The position numbers were made by a program, and so were the translations under genes. This document shows, in pieces, positions 30,064 through 39,985 of a DNA stretch of 64,000 nucleotides. Position 1 is the first letter of the stretch. Each line of letters opens with the position of its first letter. The stretch is from Sulfurospirillaceae bacterium (GTDB lineage Bacteria > Campylobacterota > Campylobacteria > Campylobacterales > Sulfurospirillaceae), in NCBI GenBank assembly GCA_033723415.1, contig JAWVXD010000003.1:288001-352000 (forward strand), in the 5' to 3' direction. Under the pieces are notes generated by a model. That model did not search any database and was not told where the DNA came from. It saw nothing but the letters and a program-made list of their open reading frames with translations.

Positions 30064-31397
30064 AAATTGAAATGTAACCACTTTGAGATTTGTTCAGCAT
30101 TTTCGCTCTTGCTAAAAGAGATAATGATATCGTTTTTCTTGAATATGTCTATCTTGCCATAAGGAAAGATCTGCTGTTCTCGTTGTATGAAGAACATTCC
30201 TTTGCTTTGTAGTTTTGACGGGAGTGGAATAAATTTATCAACGAGACCTGAGGAGCTAAATACTTTTCTGAACATGATCAAGCCTTCTCCTCCGCAATAT
30301 TGTCTTTTTATAACGATATTTGAAGATTCGATTTTCTCTAAAATCGAATAATAAGCATTTATCTTTTCTCCTCTGACAACTTCTAAATTTAGATTTCTCA
30401 TAAGTTTTGAGTATGCAATATCGTTATTTATAGCTACTACTTTTTTGATATTATTGTCTTTTGCTTCCATACATTTTGCTATATTATATTCATCATTTGG
30501 TGAAGCCACAATAAACATATCCGGCATGACACCATCTTTTCCTATTGAGTGATCTAATCCATATGTACTTTTGATAACCGTTACTTTATTTTTTAGGATA
30601 AGATTTGCTTTTTCGCATTTTTTTAGATCTTTATCCAATATTTGTATATTGATATCTTTTTTTAGTAGCACTTTTGCGATCTCTATGCCCAAGTTATCAG
30701 CCCCAAATATAAGACAATTTCTGATTTCGTTAGTCTCCTCTGCACAGAAAGTTCCAAATTTTAACTCTTTTATGGCTGATGGATAAGCATAAAAATAGAC
30801 CAAATCATTAGCTTCTAAAATATCAATATCTTCTGGAACGCTAAATGTACCGTTTCTTTCAATTCCTGCAACTACCAATTTGTTATTCATATCGTTTATA
30901 AGAGATTTGATGACCATAGTCTGGAAATCTTCCGGGATTCTCAGAGAGATTAGCAGTGCTTTTGTATATTCAAAAGATTTTACATTTCTTGCGTGCGGAA
31001 AGTCTATGAGATATTTAAAAGGCTGTGCTGCTTCAAAAGAGGGTATAACACAATCGCTGATACCAAGTCTTTCTTTTATTAGAGGATCATCAAAGAAACC
31101 ATTTTTTAATCTTATGATCTTTTTGCCGACTTTAGCTATTTTGTCTATGATAAGAGCTGCTATTAGATTTACTTCATCTGAGTCAGTGACTGCTATAAAA
31201 AGATCTACATCTGAGTGAACCGACTCATAAGTGTATTGATTTTCCGTATCGCCGCATATGGCTAGTACATCTAGATTTTCTTGTATTTGTTTGATTGCAT
31301 CTGCATTTTTATCTATTACCATAACGTCATTGTTAACCATCAAATGTTTAGCTATGAGATAGCCAACTTTTCCGGCTCCGGCAATTATTACGTTCAT
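30060..31397 (-). CDS. trkA: Trk potassium uptake RCK subunit
   Basis: GAGKVG, AVTDSDEVN; two RCK domains in 445 aa. Confidence 0.9.
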   Translation of the reverse strand: MNVIIAGAGKVGYLIAKHLMVNNDVMVIDKNADAIKQIQENLDVLAICGDTENQYTYESVHSDVDLFIAVTDSDEVNLIAALIIDKIAKVGKKIIRLKNGFFDDPLIKERLGISDCVIPSFEAAQPFKYLIDFPHARNVKSFEYTKALLISLRIPEDFQTMVIKSLINDMNNKLVVAGIERNGTFSVPEDIDILEANDLVYFYAYPSAIKELKFGTFCAEETNEIRNCLIFGADNLGIEIAKVLLKKDINIQILDKDLKKCEKANLILKNKVTVIKSTYGLDHSIGKDGVMPDMFIVASPNDEYNIAKCMEAKDNNIKKVVAINNDIAYSKLMRNLNLEVVRGEKINAYYSILEKIESSNIVIKRQYCGGEGLIMFRKVFSSSGLVDKFIPLPSKLQSKGMFFIQREQQIFPYGKIDIFKKNDIIISFSKSENAEQISKWLHFNL

Positions 31398-31498
31398 TAA
31401 AATTGTCCTTGAAATATAAAAATAAATCTAAAATAGAATAAATATTATATCACAGAAGCTTATTGGTTACTCTTAAATTGATTGTGGAGAAAAAAGGA

Positions 31499-31575
31499 TG
31501 GTGGGTTCTGAGTGACTCGAACACTCGACCGCCCGGTTATGAGCCGGGAGCTCTAACCAACTGAGCTAAGAACCC
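31499..31575 (-). tRNA. tRNA with CAT anticodon, most likely tRNA-Ile2 (lysidine type)
   Basis: GGGTTCTTAGCTCAGTTGGTTAGAGCTCCCGGCTCATAACCGGGCGGTCGAGTGTTCGAGTCACTCAGAACCCACCA: full cloverleaf with encoded CCA. Confidence 0.95.
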
Positions 31576-31660
31576 ATCATTTTTAAGAGTGACATTCTAC
31601 AGTGTTATAAATTAAAATCAGATTAAAAATGATGTTATGCAAACATACTTTTTTAAAATT

Positions 31661-32761
31661 TTAGTACTTGACCATTTTATGTGTCGGATCAAATCTAAAA
31701 GCAATGGTATTTTCTAAAATTCCAAAAAATACCATAAATGTTATAAAACTGCTGCCACCGTAGCTAAAAAAGGGCAAAGGCACTCCAACAACAGGAGCTA
31801 GTCCTATGGTCATGGCGATATTTACACTAGTGTAGACAAACATGAGCAGACCTATGCCCGTCGTTATGACTTGTGCAAAATAATCGTTTTTTAATTTAAA
31901 ATTTAAAGTGATCAAGTGAATTACCAAAAAAGCATATAAAAAGATAAGGCAGCATGCTCCCCAAAATCCAAATCTCTCTACAAAATAAGCAAATATAAAA
32001 TCACTTGTGGCGATCGGTAAAAATTTATAATGTGTCTGTGTCGCTTCTTCTTTCGGTTTTCCATAAAGCCCGCCTGATCCTATAGCAATGATCGACTGTT
32101 TTACATGGTAACTTGGTTTTTCACTTATAAAATCAACAATTCGTTGTTTCTGATAATCATGTAGTGAGTGATATAAAAATGGGGTACTTACACTTATGAG
32201 GATAGCCAGAGTAATCCATATTTTTTTGTTTACTCCAACTATGAATAATGTGCCATATCCTACCAAAAGTAGAACTAAAGCAGTTCCAAGATCAGGTTCT
32301 TTTGCTATAAGTAAAAATGGAAGCAAAATATAAAAACTGAGTTTGAAAAAGTTTTTCCAGTTATATCCGTCTTTATCAGGTGGATTTTGTTTTATAAGAT
32401 ATGCCAACATCAATATAAACATAGGTTTAAAGATCTCTGAGGGTTGCAGGGTAAAATGTATAAATGGTATATCAAGCCATCTTTTAGCGCCAAGCTTCGA
32501 TACGCCAAAGAAATCTACACTAGCCAATAATATTATAGTTAGCCAATAAAAAAATGGGATAAGCCATTCAAACTTTTTGATTGGAATCAGGAAAAAAAAT
32601 ATAAATGAAATCATACCTATGCTAAAATATACAAGTTGCTTATCTGCCAGAGTCAAACTGATTTCTGAGATCAGATAATATGAAGTTATAATGATAGGCA
32701 GAACCAGTATAGGTAATAATATGTCAAAATGGGTAAGTATTCTTCTGTCTATTTGTAGCAA
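31661..32761 (-). CDS. rodA: Rod shape-determining protein RodA (SEDS family)
   Basis: GAKRWL, QPSE, EPDLGTA, GVPLPFFSYGGSS; TTG start. Confidence 0.93.
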   Translation of the reverse strand: MLQIDRRILTHFDILLPILVLPIIITSYYLISEISLTLADKQLVYFSIGMISFIFFFLIPIKKFEWLIPFFYWLTIILLASVDFFGVSKLGAKRWLDIPFIHFTLQPSEIFKPMFILMLAYLIKQNPPDKDGYNWKNFFKLSFYILLPFLLIAKEPDLGTALVLLLVGYGTLFIVGVNKKIWITLAILISVSTPFLYHSLHDYQKQRIVDFISEKPSYHVKQSIIAIGSGGLYGKPKEEATQTHYKFLPIATSDFIFAYFVERFGFWGACCLIFLYAFLVIHLITLNFKLKNDYFAQVITTGIGLLMFVYTSVNIAMTIGLAPVVGVPLPFFSYGGSSFITFMVFFGILENTIAFRFDPTHKMVKY

Positions 32762-32816
32762 ATTTCACCTTGGTAATTGAGATAGTAATTTAATTATATC
32801 AAAAAAAAGAGAAAAA

Positions 32817-33776
32817 ATGACCTTTACATGTAAAGAACGTGCCAGAATAGATATTGTCCTAAGTACGCAGCTCAATATATCTCGATCACAAATAGAAAAA
32901 TTTATAAAAAATGTAGGAATAAGTGTTAATTCAAAAAAGATATTCAAACCAGGTCTTAAAGTAGAGATCGGTGATGTGATCGATTATGAATTCCAAGATA
33001 TGGAAATGAAAGAAAGTGAATATGAAGTGGATTTTGATGTTCAGATCCTATATGAAGATGAGGATATGCTTATCATCAATAAACCACCTCTCTTAACCGT
33101 TCACGGTGCTCCCAGTGTCAAAGAGGCAACGCTTGTTGATTGGTTAAAGAAAAAAGGTTTTTCTCTCTCAACAATAAGCGGTGAGGAGAGGCATGGGATA
33201 GTGCACAGGATAGATAAAGAAACCAGCGGAGCCTTGGTAGTTGCCAAAAACAATGAAGCTCATGTTGCCTTGTCCAGACAGTTGGAAGACAAGAGTATGG
33301 GGAGATACTATTTGGCTATTATAGACCTGCCTTTAAAAGAGAACATCGAAGTTGAAAAACCGATAGCCAGGAATCCAAAAAACAGACTAAAGATGGCTAT
33401 CATAGAAAATGGAAAATTTGCTAAAAGTTATTTTACAAAGATAATGCTCTCAAATGATGAAAAATTTGAACTTATAGCGGTTAAACTTCATACGGGAAGG
33501 ACTCATCAAATAAGAATTCATTTAAATTCTCTTTCTCGCCATATTTTAGGCGATAGTTTATATGGTTTTAAGAGCCAGAATGCTAAAATAAATAGAGTCA
33601 TGTTACATGCTTATATATTGTATTTAATACATCCAAGAAGTGGCAAAAAAATGCAAATATATGCACCACTTTTTGATGATTTTAAATATGTTCTATATAA
33701 ATATTTCGATAAGGATAAAATAGATGAAAATATTAAGACTGATAATATTATCAATAGTTTCAATCATAGTTTTTAG
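32817..33776 (+). CDS. rluD: RluA family pseudouridine synthase (RluD-like)
   Basis: S4-like N-terminus, GIVHRIDKETSG, TGRTHQIR. Confidence 0.9.
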   Translation: MTFTCKERARIDIVLSTQLNISRSQIEKFIKNVGISVNSKKIFKPGLKVEIGDVIDYEFQDMEMKESEYEVDFDVQILYEDEDMLIINKPPLLTVHGAPSVKEATLVDWLKKKGFSLSTISGEERHGIVHRIDKETSGALVVAKNNEAHVALSRQLEDKSMGRYYLAIIDLPLKENIEVEKPIARNPKNRLKMAIIENGKFAKSYFTKIMLSNDEKFELIAVKLHTGRTHQIRIHLNSLSRHILGDSLYGFKSQNAKINRVMLHAYILYLIHPRSGKKMQIYAPLFDDFKYVLYKYFDKDKIDENIKTDNIINSFNHSF

Positions 33777-34962
33777 TGGCTGCCAAACTTCGCCTTCAAC
33801 CCCAAAAAAACCTAGGATAGATTCATCTCTCCCTACTGTTACAAACATAAAGTTTTTATCTGATATAACAGAAGTTGGTTTTGAGTGGAAACCAAATTAT
33901 GATGAAAGAGTAGAGGGTTATTATGTATATAGGTCTGATCCAAAAGTAGTTAACGGAAAGCTGAAGAGAATTGCTACTATAAAAGATAGATATAGCACAC
34001 ATTTTGTAGATACAAAATTACTTCCTCAAACTAGATATTATTATAGATTTTCAACTTATTCAAAAGAAGGAAGAGAATCAGTACCTAGTGATATGATCAC
34101 TGTGGATACTAAAAAAATGATACCATCCGTTGCTTTTCTAAAAGCAATCGTCGGTCTTCCAAACCGTGTAAAGATCATATGGAGACCTCAAGAATATCCA
34201 AGAGTTTCTTCATATATCATAGAGCGAAATGATCTAAGCAGTACAAAATGGAAAAAAATTGCAGAAGTAAATGGGAGATTAAGTGCTGAGTACATTGACG
34301 CAGGTTTGAAAGATAATTATTTGTATAGATATAGAATAAAGGTCAAAACTTTTGATGGATTGGTATCAAACCCTAGCGATATCGTAGAAGCACATACTAA
34401 ACCACTTCCTCCTACAATAAATAATCTGAGAACCACCAATGATCAACCTAAAAAAATAGTTTTGAGTTGGGATGCGTCAAAGATACCTGATTTGTCTTAT
34501 TATAAAATTTATAGGGCTATAAACCCTATACTGTTTTACAGCTACTATGCAAAAACTAAAGACACAAAATTTGAAGATTTAGTTAATGAAAACGGGAAAA
34601 CATACTACTATAAAGTTACAGCTGTTGATAAAGATGGTCTAGAGTCATTAAAACAAGACTCATCAGTTGCCGGAACTACTTTAGGTAAGCCAGAAGAAGT
34701 TTCTATAACTTCTGCCAACCAAGATGGTAAAAGTATTATGCTAACTTGGTCAAGCAGTGATAATAGGGCAGTCTCTTATAATATTATAAAAGAGTATAAT
34801 TCAAAAAAAGAAAAATTGACAGGTATAACATCTTTTAGTTATCAAGACAAGGATGTATTGCCTGGTGTTGATTACAAATACAGTGTTGTTGCTTTGGATA
34901 AATACGGTTTAGAATCAAATCCTTCTGAACCAATCGTAGTAACTATACCAAAAGCTCAATAA
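33724..34962 (+). CDS. Fibronectin type III domain lipoprotein (FlpA-like)
   Basis: Lipobox FSGC; repeated FN3 strands (YYYRFSTY, YRYRIKV, YYYKVTAVD, YKYSVVALD). Confidence 0.88.
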   Translation: MKILRLIILSIVSIIVFSGCQTSPSTPKKPRIDSSLPTVTNIKFLSDITEVGFEWKPNYDERVEGYYVYRSDPKVVNGKLKRIATIKDRYSTHFVDTKLLPQTRYYYRFSTYSKEGRESVPSDMITVDTKKMIPSVAFLKAIVGLPNRVKIIWRPQEYPRVSSYIIERNDLSSTKWKKIAEVNGRLSAEYIDAGLKDNYLYRYRIKVKTFDGLVSNPSDIVEAHTKPLPPTINNLRTTNDQPKKIVLSWDASKIPDLSYYKIYRAINPILFYSYYAKTKDTKFEDLVNENGKTYYYKVTAVDKDGLESLKQDSSVAGTTLGKPEEVSITSANQDGKSIMLTWSSSDNRAVSYNIIKEYNSKKEKLTGITSFSYQDKDVLPGVDYKYSVVALDKYGLESNPSEPIVVTIPKAQ

Positions 34963-34967
34963 AACAT

Positions 34968-36140
34968 ATGCCTAACATAAAAACCAAAAATCTTACTATG
35001 CCAAATTTTCCGGCAGTTTTTGGCGATAGCGAGTTTAGATCTGTCGCAAAATCAAATACTGAACTTTTGGTGAAAGTATTGTATAAAAATTATGAATTTT
35101 TTCTCCAAATCAGGGAAAAAAACGGGACATATCTTATAAAGGGAGAAAAGATTTCTAGACCTTCTCAAGTTATATACTTACACCAAGCACTTAGAGATTT
35201 TAGAGATTTATGTGGATGTGAAGTTGTATTTTCAAATATAGAACCGCAAAAGCTGAAAACACAAAAAAAATACAAAGCACTTAAAAATATAGAATTTTTT
35301 TTAGAAGATTTTAAGTATGATCATGAGATATGGGTAGAAGTCGGATTTGGAAGTGGAAGACATCTTTTACATCAAGCAAAATTGCACCCTGAGATACAGT
35401 TTATCGGTCTTGAAATATACAAACCGTCTTTAGAACAGGTGGCAAAACAGTGTGAGTTGCAAGGGATAGAAAATATATATATATTGGATTTTGATGCAAG
35501 GATTTTTCTTGAGTTTTTAAATTCTAACAGTGTAGGTAGAATATTTGTACATTTCCCTGTACCATGGGATGAAAAACCTCACAGAAGGGTGATATCAAAA
35601 GATTTTATAAATGAATCTTTGAGAGTTCTAAAAAAAGATGGAACGCTTGAACTAAGGACCGATAGTGATAAATATTTTAATTATTCTCTTGGAGAGTTCT
35701 TACAATTATATAAATCAGAATTTACTGTGAAAAAAAATCAAGATTTAGCTATCAGCAGTAAATATGAAGACAGGTGGAAAAAGCAACAAAAGGATATATA
35801 CGATATATTGTTGGTAAATAGTGAAGTTAGTGAAAAGAAGCAAAATATAGGTAAGATAGTTTTTGATGATACGTATAACTTTGAAAATATAAAAAATAAT
35901 TTTTCCAAGATATTAAAAAAAGGCGATGACTTTTTTTTACATTCAGAGGAAATTTATGAGATCGGTGATAACGAGGGTATAATTAAAATCTCTTTTGGTT
36001 CAAGTTCCAAAAATGAAAGAGCCTTTGTACACATTACAAAAAATTTGACAAAGTACTTTCCTGACAATATTTTAGCTACGCAATCAAATCAAAAAGCTCA
36101 TATAACTTTGGAAGAATGGTTAAATGAAATCGATAAATAA
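34968..36140 (+). CDS. trmB: tRNA (guanine-N7)-methyltransferase
   Basis: EVGFGSG, HFPVPW, HRRVI, LELRTD. Confidence 0.92.
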   Translation: MPNIKTKNLTMPNFPAVFGDSEFRSVAKSNTELLVKVLYKNYEFFLQIREKNGTYLIKGEKISRPSQVIYLHQALRDFRDLCGCEVVFSNIEPQKLKTQKKYKALKNIEFFLEDFKYDHEIWVEVGFGSGRHLLHQAKLHPEIQFIGLEIYKPSLEQVAKQCELQGIENIYILDFDARIFLEFLNSNSVGRIFVHFPVPWDEKPHRRVISKDFINESLRVLKKDGTLELRTDSDKYFNYSLGEFLQLYKSEFTVKKNQDLAISSKYEDRWKKQQKDIYDILLVNSEVSEKKQNIGKIVFDDTYNFENIKNNFSKILKKGDDFFLHSEEIYEIGDNEGIIKISFGSSSKNERAFVHITKNLTKYFPDNILATQSNQKAHITLEEWLNEIDK

Positions 36141-36173
36141 TCGTATTTTTCAAAAATCAAAAAGGAGATCAAT

Positions 36174-36845
36174 ATGAAGCATGTGGTCGATACTCATAAT
36201 TTATCTTTGAGTTATGATAGAGACGAACCTGTGATAGTTGATGCATCTTTGAGGATAAATTCACATGAATTTGTTTTTATAACAGGAAAAAGTGGAAGCG
36301 GAAAATCTACTTTGATCAAATCTTTTTATGGAGAATTGCCTATAAAAAAAGGTGATTTAAACATATGCGGCGTTGATATGCAAAGGATAGGCAACAGCAA
36401 GTTAAATTTATTGAGAAGATATCTAGGTATAGTTTTTCAAGATTATAAACTGATAAATTCGTGGACAATAGAAAAAAATATAATGTTGCCGCTGATGATA
36501 GGCGGATTTTCAAAAACTGTTTGTGAAGCACAAGCGGTCAAGCTTTTAAGACATGTAAGATTGACGCATAAAATAGGAAAATACCCGTTGGAACTTAGCG
36601 GTGGAGAGCAACAACGGGTTGCTATTGCAAGGGCACTGGCTCACAATCCTGTGCTAATATTGGCAGATGAACCTACAGGCAATTTAGACGATTACTCAAG
36701 TGAAGTTATTTGGGGATTGTTGAAAAATGCAAGAGAACATCTCGGTACTACGGTAGTTGTCGTGACACATCATATACCATCTACCATCGGTATAGATTAC
36801 AAACATCTTTTCTTAGATAAAGGCACACTACATGAAGTCCCTTAA
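36174..36845 (+). CDS. ftsE: Cell division ATP-binding protein FtsE
   Basis: GKSGSGKST, VFQDYKL, LSGGEQQR, ADEPTGNLD; precedes ftsX. Confidence 0.93.
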   Translation: MKHVVDTHNLSLSYDRDEPVIVDASLRINSHEFVFITGKSGSGKSTLIKSFYGELPIKKGDLNICGVDMQRIGNSKLNLLRRYLGIVFQDYKLINSWTIEKNIMLPLMIGGFSKTVCEAQAVKLLRHVRLTHKIGKYPLELSGGEQQRVAIARALAHNPVLILADEPTGNLDDYSSEVIWGLLKNAREHLGTTVVVVTHHIPSTIGIDYKHLFLDKGTLHEVP

Positions 36846-37641
36846 AAACCATATATCTGTTATTTTGTCTTTATTTGTGTTACTACTAAGTGTAGAATCT
36901 AGTATAATCATACACAAAGTAATTAATAATCAACATGAGAAATTGATCACAAGCTACTCTATAGTTGTTGTTTCAAATAAAGAGCTGAGTGTAGTTGATT
37001 TAAAAGACAAAGCAAAAGAGATAGATTCTATTGAGCCTATCAGCTCACAAAAAATACTAGATAAATTGAAAAATGACATGTCTTCTGATAATTTAGCTTT
37101 GTTAGAAGTAGCACTGCCTCATTTTTATTCCGTAAAGCTAAACATCCTTCCTAGCAAAGAAAGGCTTGAACAGATAAAAAGTACTTTGTTGTCTTTGAAA
37201 CCGATATCTAGAGTTGAAATTTTTTCAAAAACATATGAAAATATATTTCAGATTTTTCAAATTTTGCAGATCATAACTTATGTATTTTCAGCCATCATAG
37301 TTGTAATATCTCTATTATTATTGTTTAAACAGATAAGAATATGGATACTTGAACACGAAGAAAAAATACAGATAATGGGTTATTTTGGGGCTACTTTTTG
37401 GATGAAAAGTGCTTTTTTATATAAATTAGTTTTTATAGATTCGTTGATAAGTTCCACTCTTGTAGTTTTGTTGTTCGCAATATTGCAAAATAATTCATTT
37501 ATATTGTCTCAGCTAAGTTCTTTGGGTGTAAACTTACCGGATTTGCCTATCCTCAATGACGGTGTAACCCTTTTTGCAATCTCTCTGACATTTTCTTTGT
37601 TTATTGTAACTTTTGTTTCCAAAAAGATGAGCGACAGTTAA
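36832..37641 (+). CDS. ftsX: Cell division permease FtsX
   Basis: Four-TM layout, IMGYFGA motif, position after ftsE. Confidence 0.85.
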   Translation: MKSLKNHISVILSLFVLLLSVESSIIIHKVINNQHEKLITSYSIVVVSNKELSVVDLKDKAKEIDSIEPISSQKILDKLKNDMSSDNLALLEVALPHFYSVKLNILPSKERLEQIKSTLLSLKPISRVEIFSKTYENIFQIFQILQIITYVFSAIIVVISLLLLFKQIRIWILEHEEKIQIMGYFGATFWMKSAFLYKLVFIDSLISSTLVVLLFAILQNNSFILSQLSSLGVNLPDLPILNDGVTLFAISLTFSLFIVTFVSKKMSDS

Positions 37642-37643
37642 TC

Positions 37644-38849
37644 ATGAAGATATTTCTTGCCTTAGTTATTTTACTGTACTCCTTCTCTCAGTTAGAAGCA
37701 AATACGGATAAAGAAATAAAAAACCAAGCGCAATATCTATCAAATAAAAAAAGATTAGAAAAGAAAATCGGTAGAAAATTTAAAGATTTGGCTAGTCAGA
37801 TCATTAGTCAGATGTCAGATTTAGATAAGTTAAAAAACAAGATATCAAATCTGGATAAAAATATAGCCAGTAACGAAAAAGATATACAGATTAAAAGCAA
37901 AACATTAAATGATCTTCAAGATTCAAACCAAAAACTCATACAAGAAAAAAAGGATTTGGAATCAAAGATCATTAATATAATTGCCAAAGATTTTTCATAT
38001 TATTTGATTAGCGATAAAAACTATATTGAAACAAAAGATTCAATAGTGATTGATGAAGTTATAAAGAAAATGAATGTAATAGTTAAAAAAGAGTTTGCTG
38101 CCTTGTCAAAGCAATATGCCCAAATCAATAAAAACATTGATGCTCATCAAGGTCAGATAAAAACGTTAAAATCTTATATAGCAGATTCTAAAGCAAAGAA
38201 AAAAGAACTTGTACAGCTAATCAAAAAAAGAGAATTGGCTATAAAGATGTTGGCAAGGGAAAAAGACAGATATAAAAAACGATTGGCAAGATTGGATGAT
38301 GAAAAGAAGTCTATAAGAGCAACTTTGGAAAAATTAAAGATATTGAAAAGATCTGAGGAAGAAAGAGCAAGGATCCAAAGAAAACACTATAATCAACCTG
38401 CAAAATTAAATGTAAGACAGATAGGTTCTTCATATCAGTCTGCAAATGTTAGAAAATATAGAGGTAGAAAGACTATAGCTCCATTGGACAGTTTTTTTGT
38501 AAAACGAAAATTTGGCAACTATATTGATCCAATATATAATATAAAAATATTCAATGAGTCAGTTGTGTTGGAATCAAAGATAGGCAATGCAAAAGTAAAA
38601 AATGTTTTGAACGGAAAAGTTGTTTTTGCAAGAGACACGGCTGTCTTAGATAAAGTTGTGATTGTTGAGAATAGTAATGGAATTCATACGATATACGCGC
38701 ATCTAAGCCAGATTGCACCAACGATAAGAGTAGGTAAAAAAATTTTAAAAGGCTACATAATAGGCAGAGTTAAAGATGATTTGACTTTTGAGGTTACACA
38801 AAAAAATTACCATATAGATCCACTAGATTTGATTGCTTTGAGTAATTAA
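37644..38849 (+). CDS. envC: Murein hydrolase activator EnvC family
   Basis: Signal peptide, long coiled coil, degenerate M23 domain (TIYAHL, LTFEV, DPL). Confidence 0.85.
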   Translation: MKIFLALVILLYSFSQLEANTDKEIKNQAQYLSNKKRLEKKIGRKFKDLASQIISQMSDLDKLKNKISNLDKNIASNEKDIQIKSKTLNDLQDSNQKLIQEKKDLESKIINIIAKDFSYYLISDKNYIETKDSIVIDEVIKKMNVIVKKEFAALSKQYAQINKNIDAHQGQIKTLKSYIADSKAKKKELVQLIKKRELAIKMLAREKDRYKKRLARLDDEKKSIRATLEKLKILKRSEEERARIQRKHYNQPAKLNVRQIGSSYQSANVRKYRGRKTIAPLDSFFVKRKFGNYIDPIYNIKIFNESVVLESKIGNAKVKNVLNGKVVFARDTAVLDKVVIVENSNGIHTIYAHLSQIAPTIRVGKKILKGYIIGRVKDDLTFEVTQKNYHIDPLDLIALSN

Positions 38850-38905
38850 ATTAGTTTTTTAGCTATATTTGGGTAAATTATTATATTAAAAAAGGGTAGG
38901 GATAA

Positions 38906-39637
<732 letters not shown>

Positions 39638-39766
39638 GAGGCAATTAAAAAACTTCTTGCTAAAGTCAAAACTTTCCCACAGAGAGTGCAAATACAATGG
39701 TGAGAGAAATTTATCTCGGACTGATTTGAGATAAAGAAGACAATTAAAATAAAAAAGGAAAACAGG

Positions 39767-39985
39767 ATGATAAGAACAGAACAAGTTATAGCCGAAGCTT
39801 TAAAAAAAGTAGATAGTGATAGATATTTGCTGTCGATAATGGTTGCTAAAAGAGCAGAACAACTGGCAAATGGTGCACAACCTTTAGTAAAAGCCAGTAT
39901 GAATAAAGAAAAATTTACTGATATTGCTCTTAGAGAAATAGCCGATGGAAAAATTATTTTGGACTCTGTAATTGATTTAAAATGA
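39767..39985 (+). CDS. rpoZ: RNA polymerase omega subunit
   Basis: DRYLLSIMVAKRAEQL, IALREIADG; directly before spoT. Confidence 0.93.
   Translation: MIRTEQVIAEALKKVDSDRYLLSIMVAKRAEQLANGAQPLVKASMNKEKFTDIALREIADGKIILDSVIDLK

Noticed and set aside
33724..33776. 53-nt rluD/flpA overlap (and the 26-nt convergent psd/tonB overlap at 49818-49843)
   Set aside because: Short overlaps of poorly conserved protein tails are common in compact Campylobacterota genomes.
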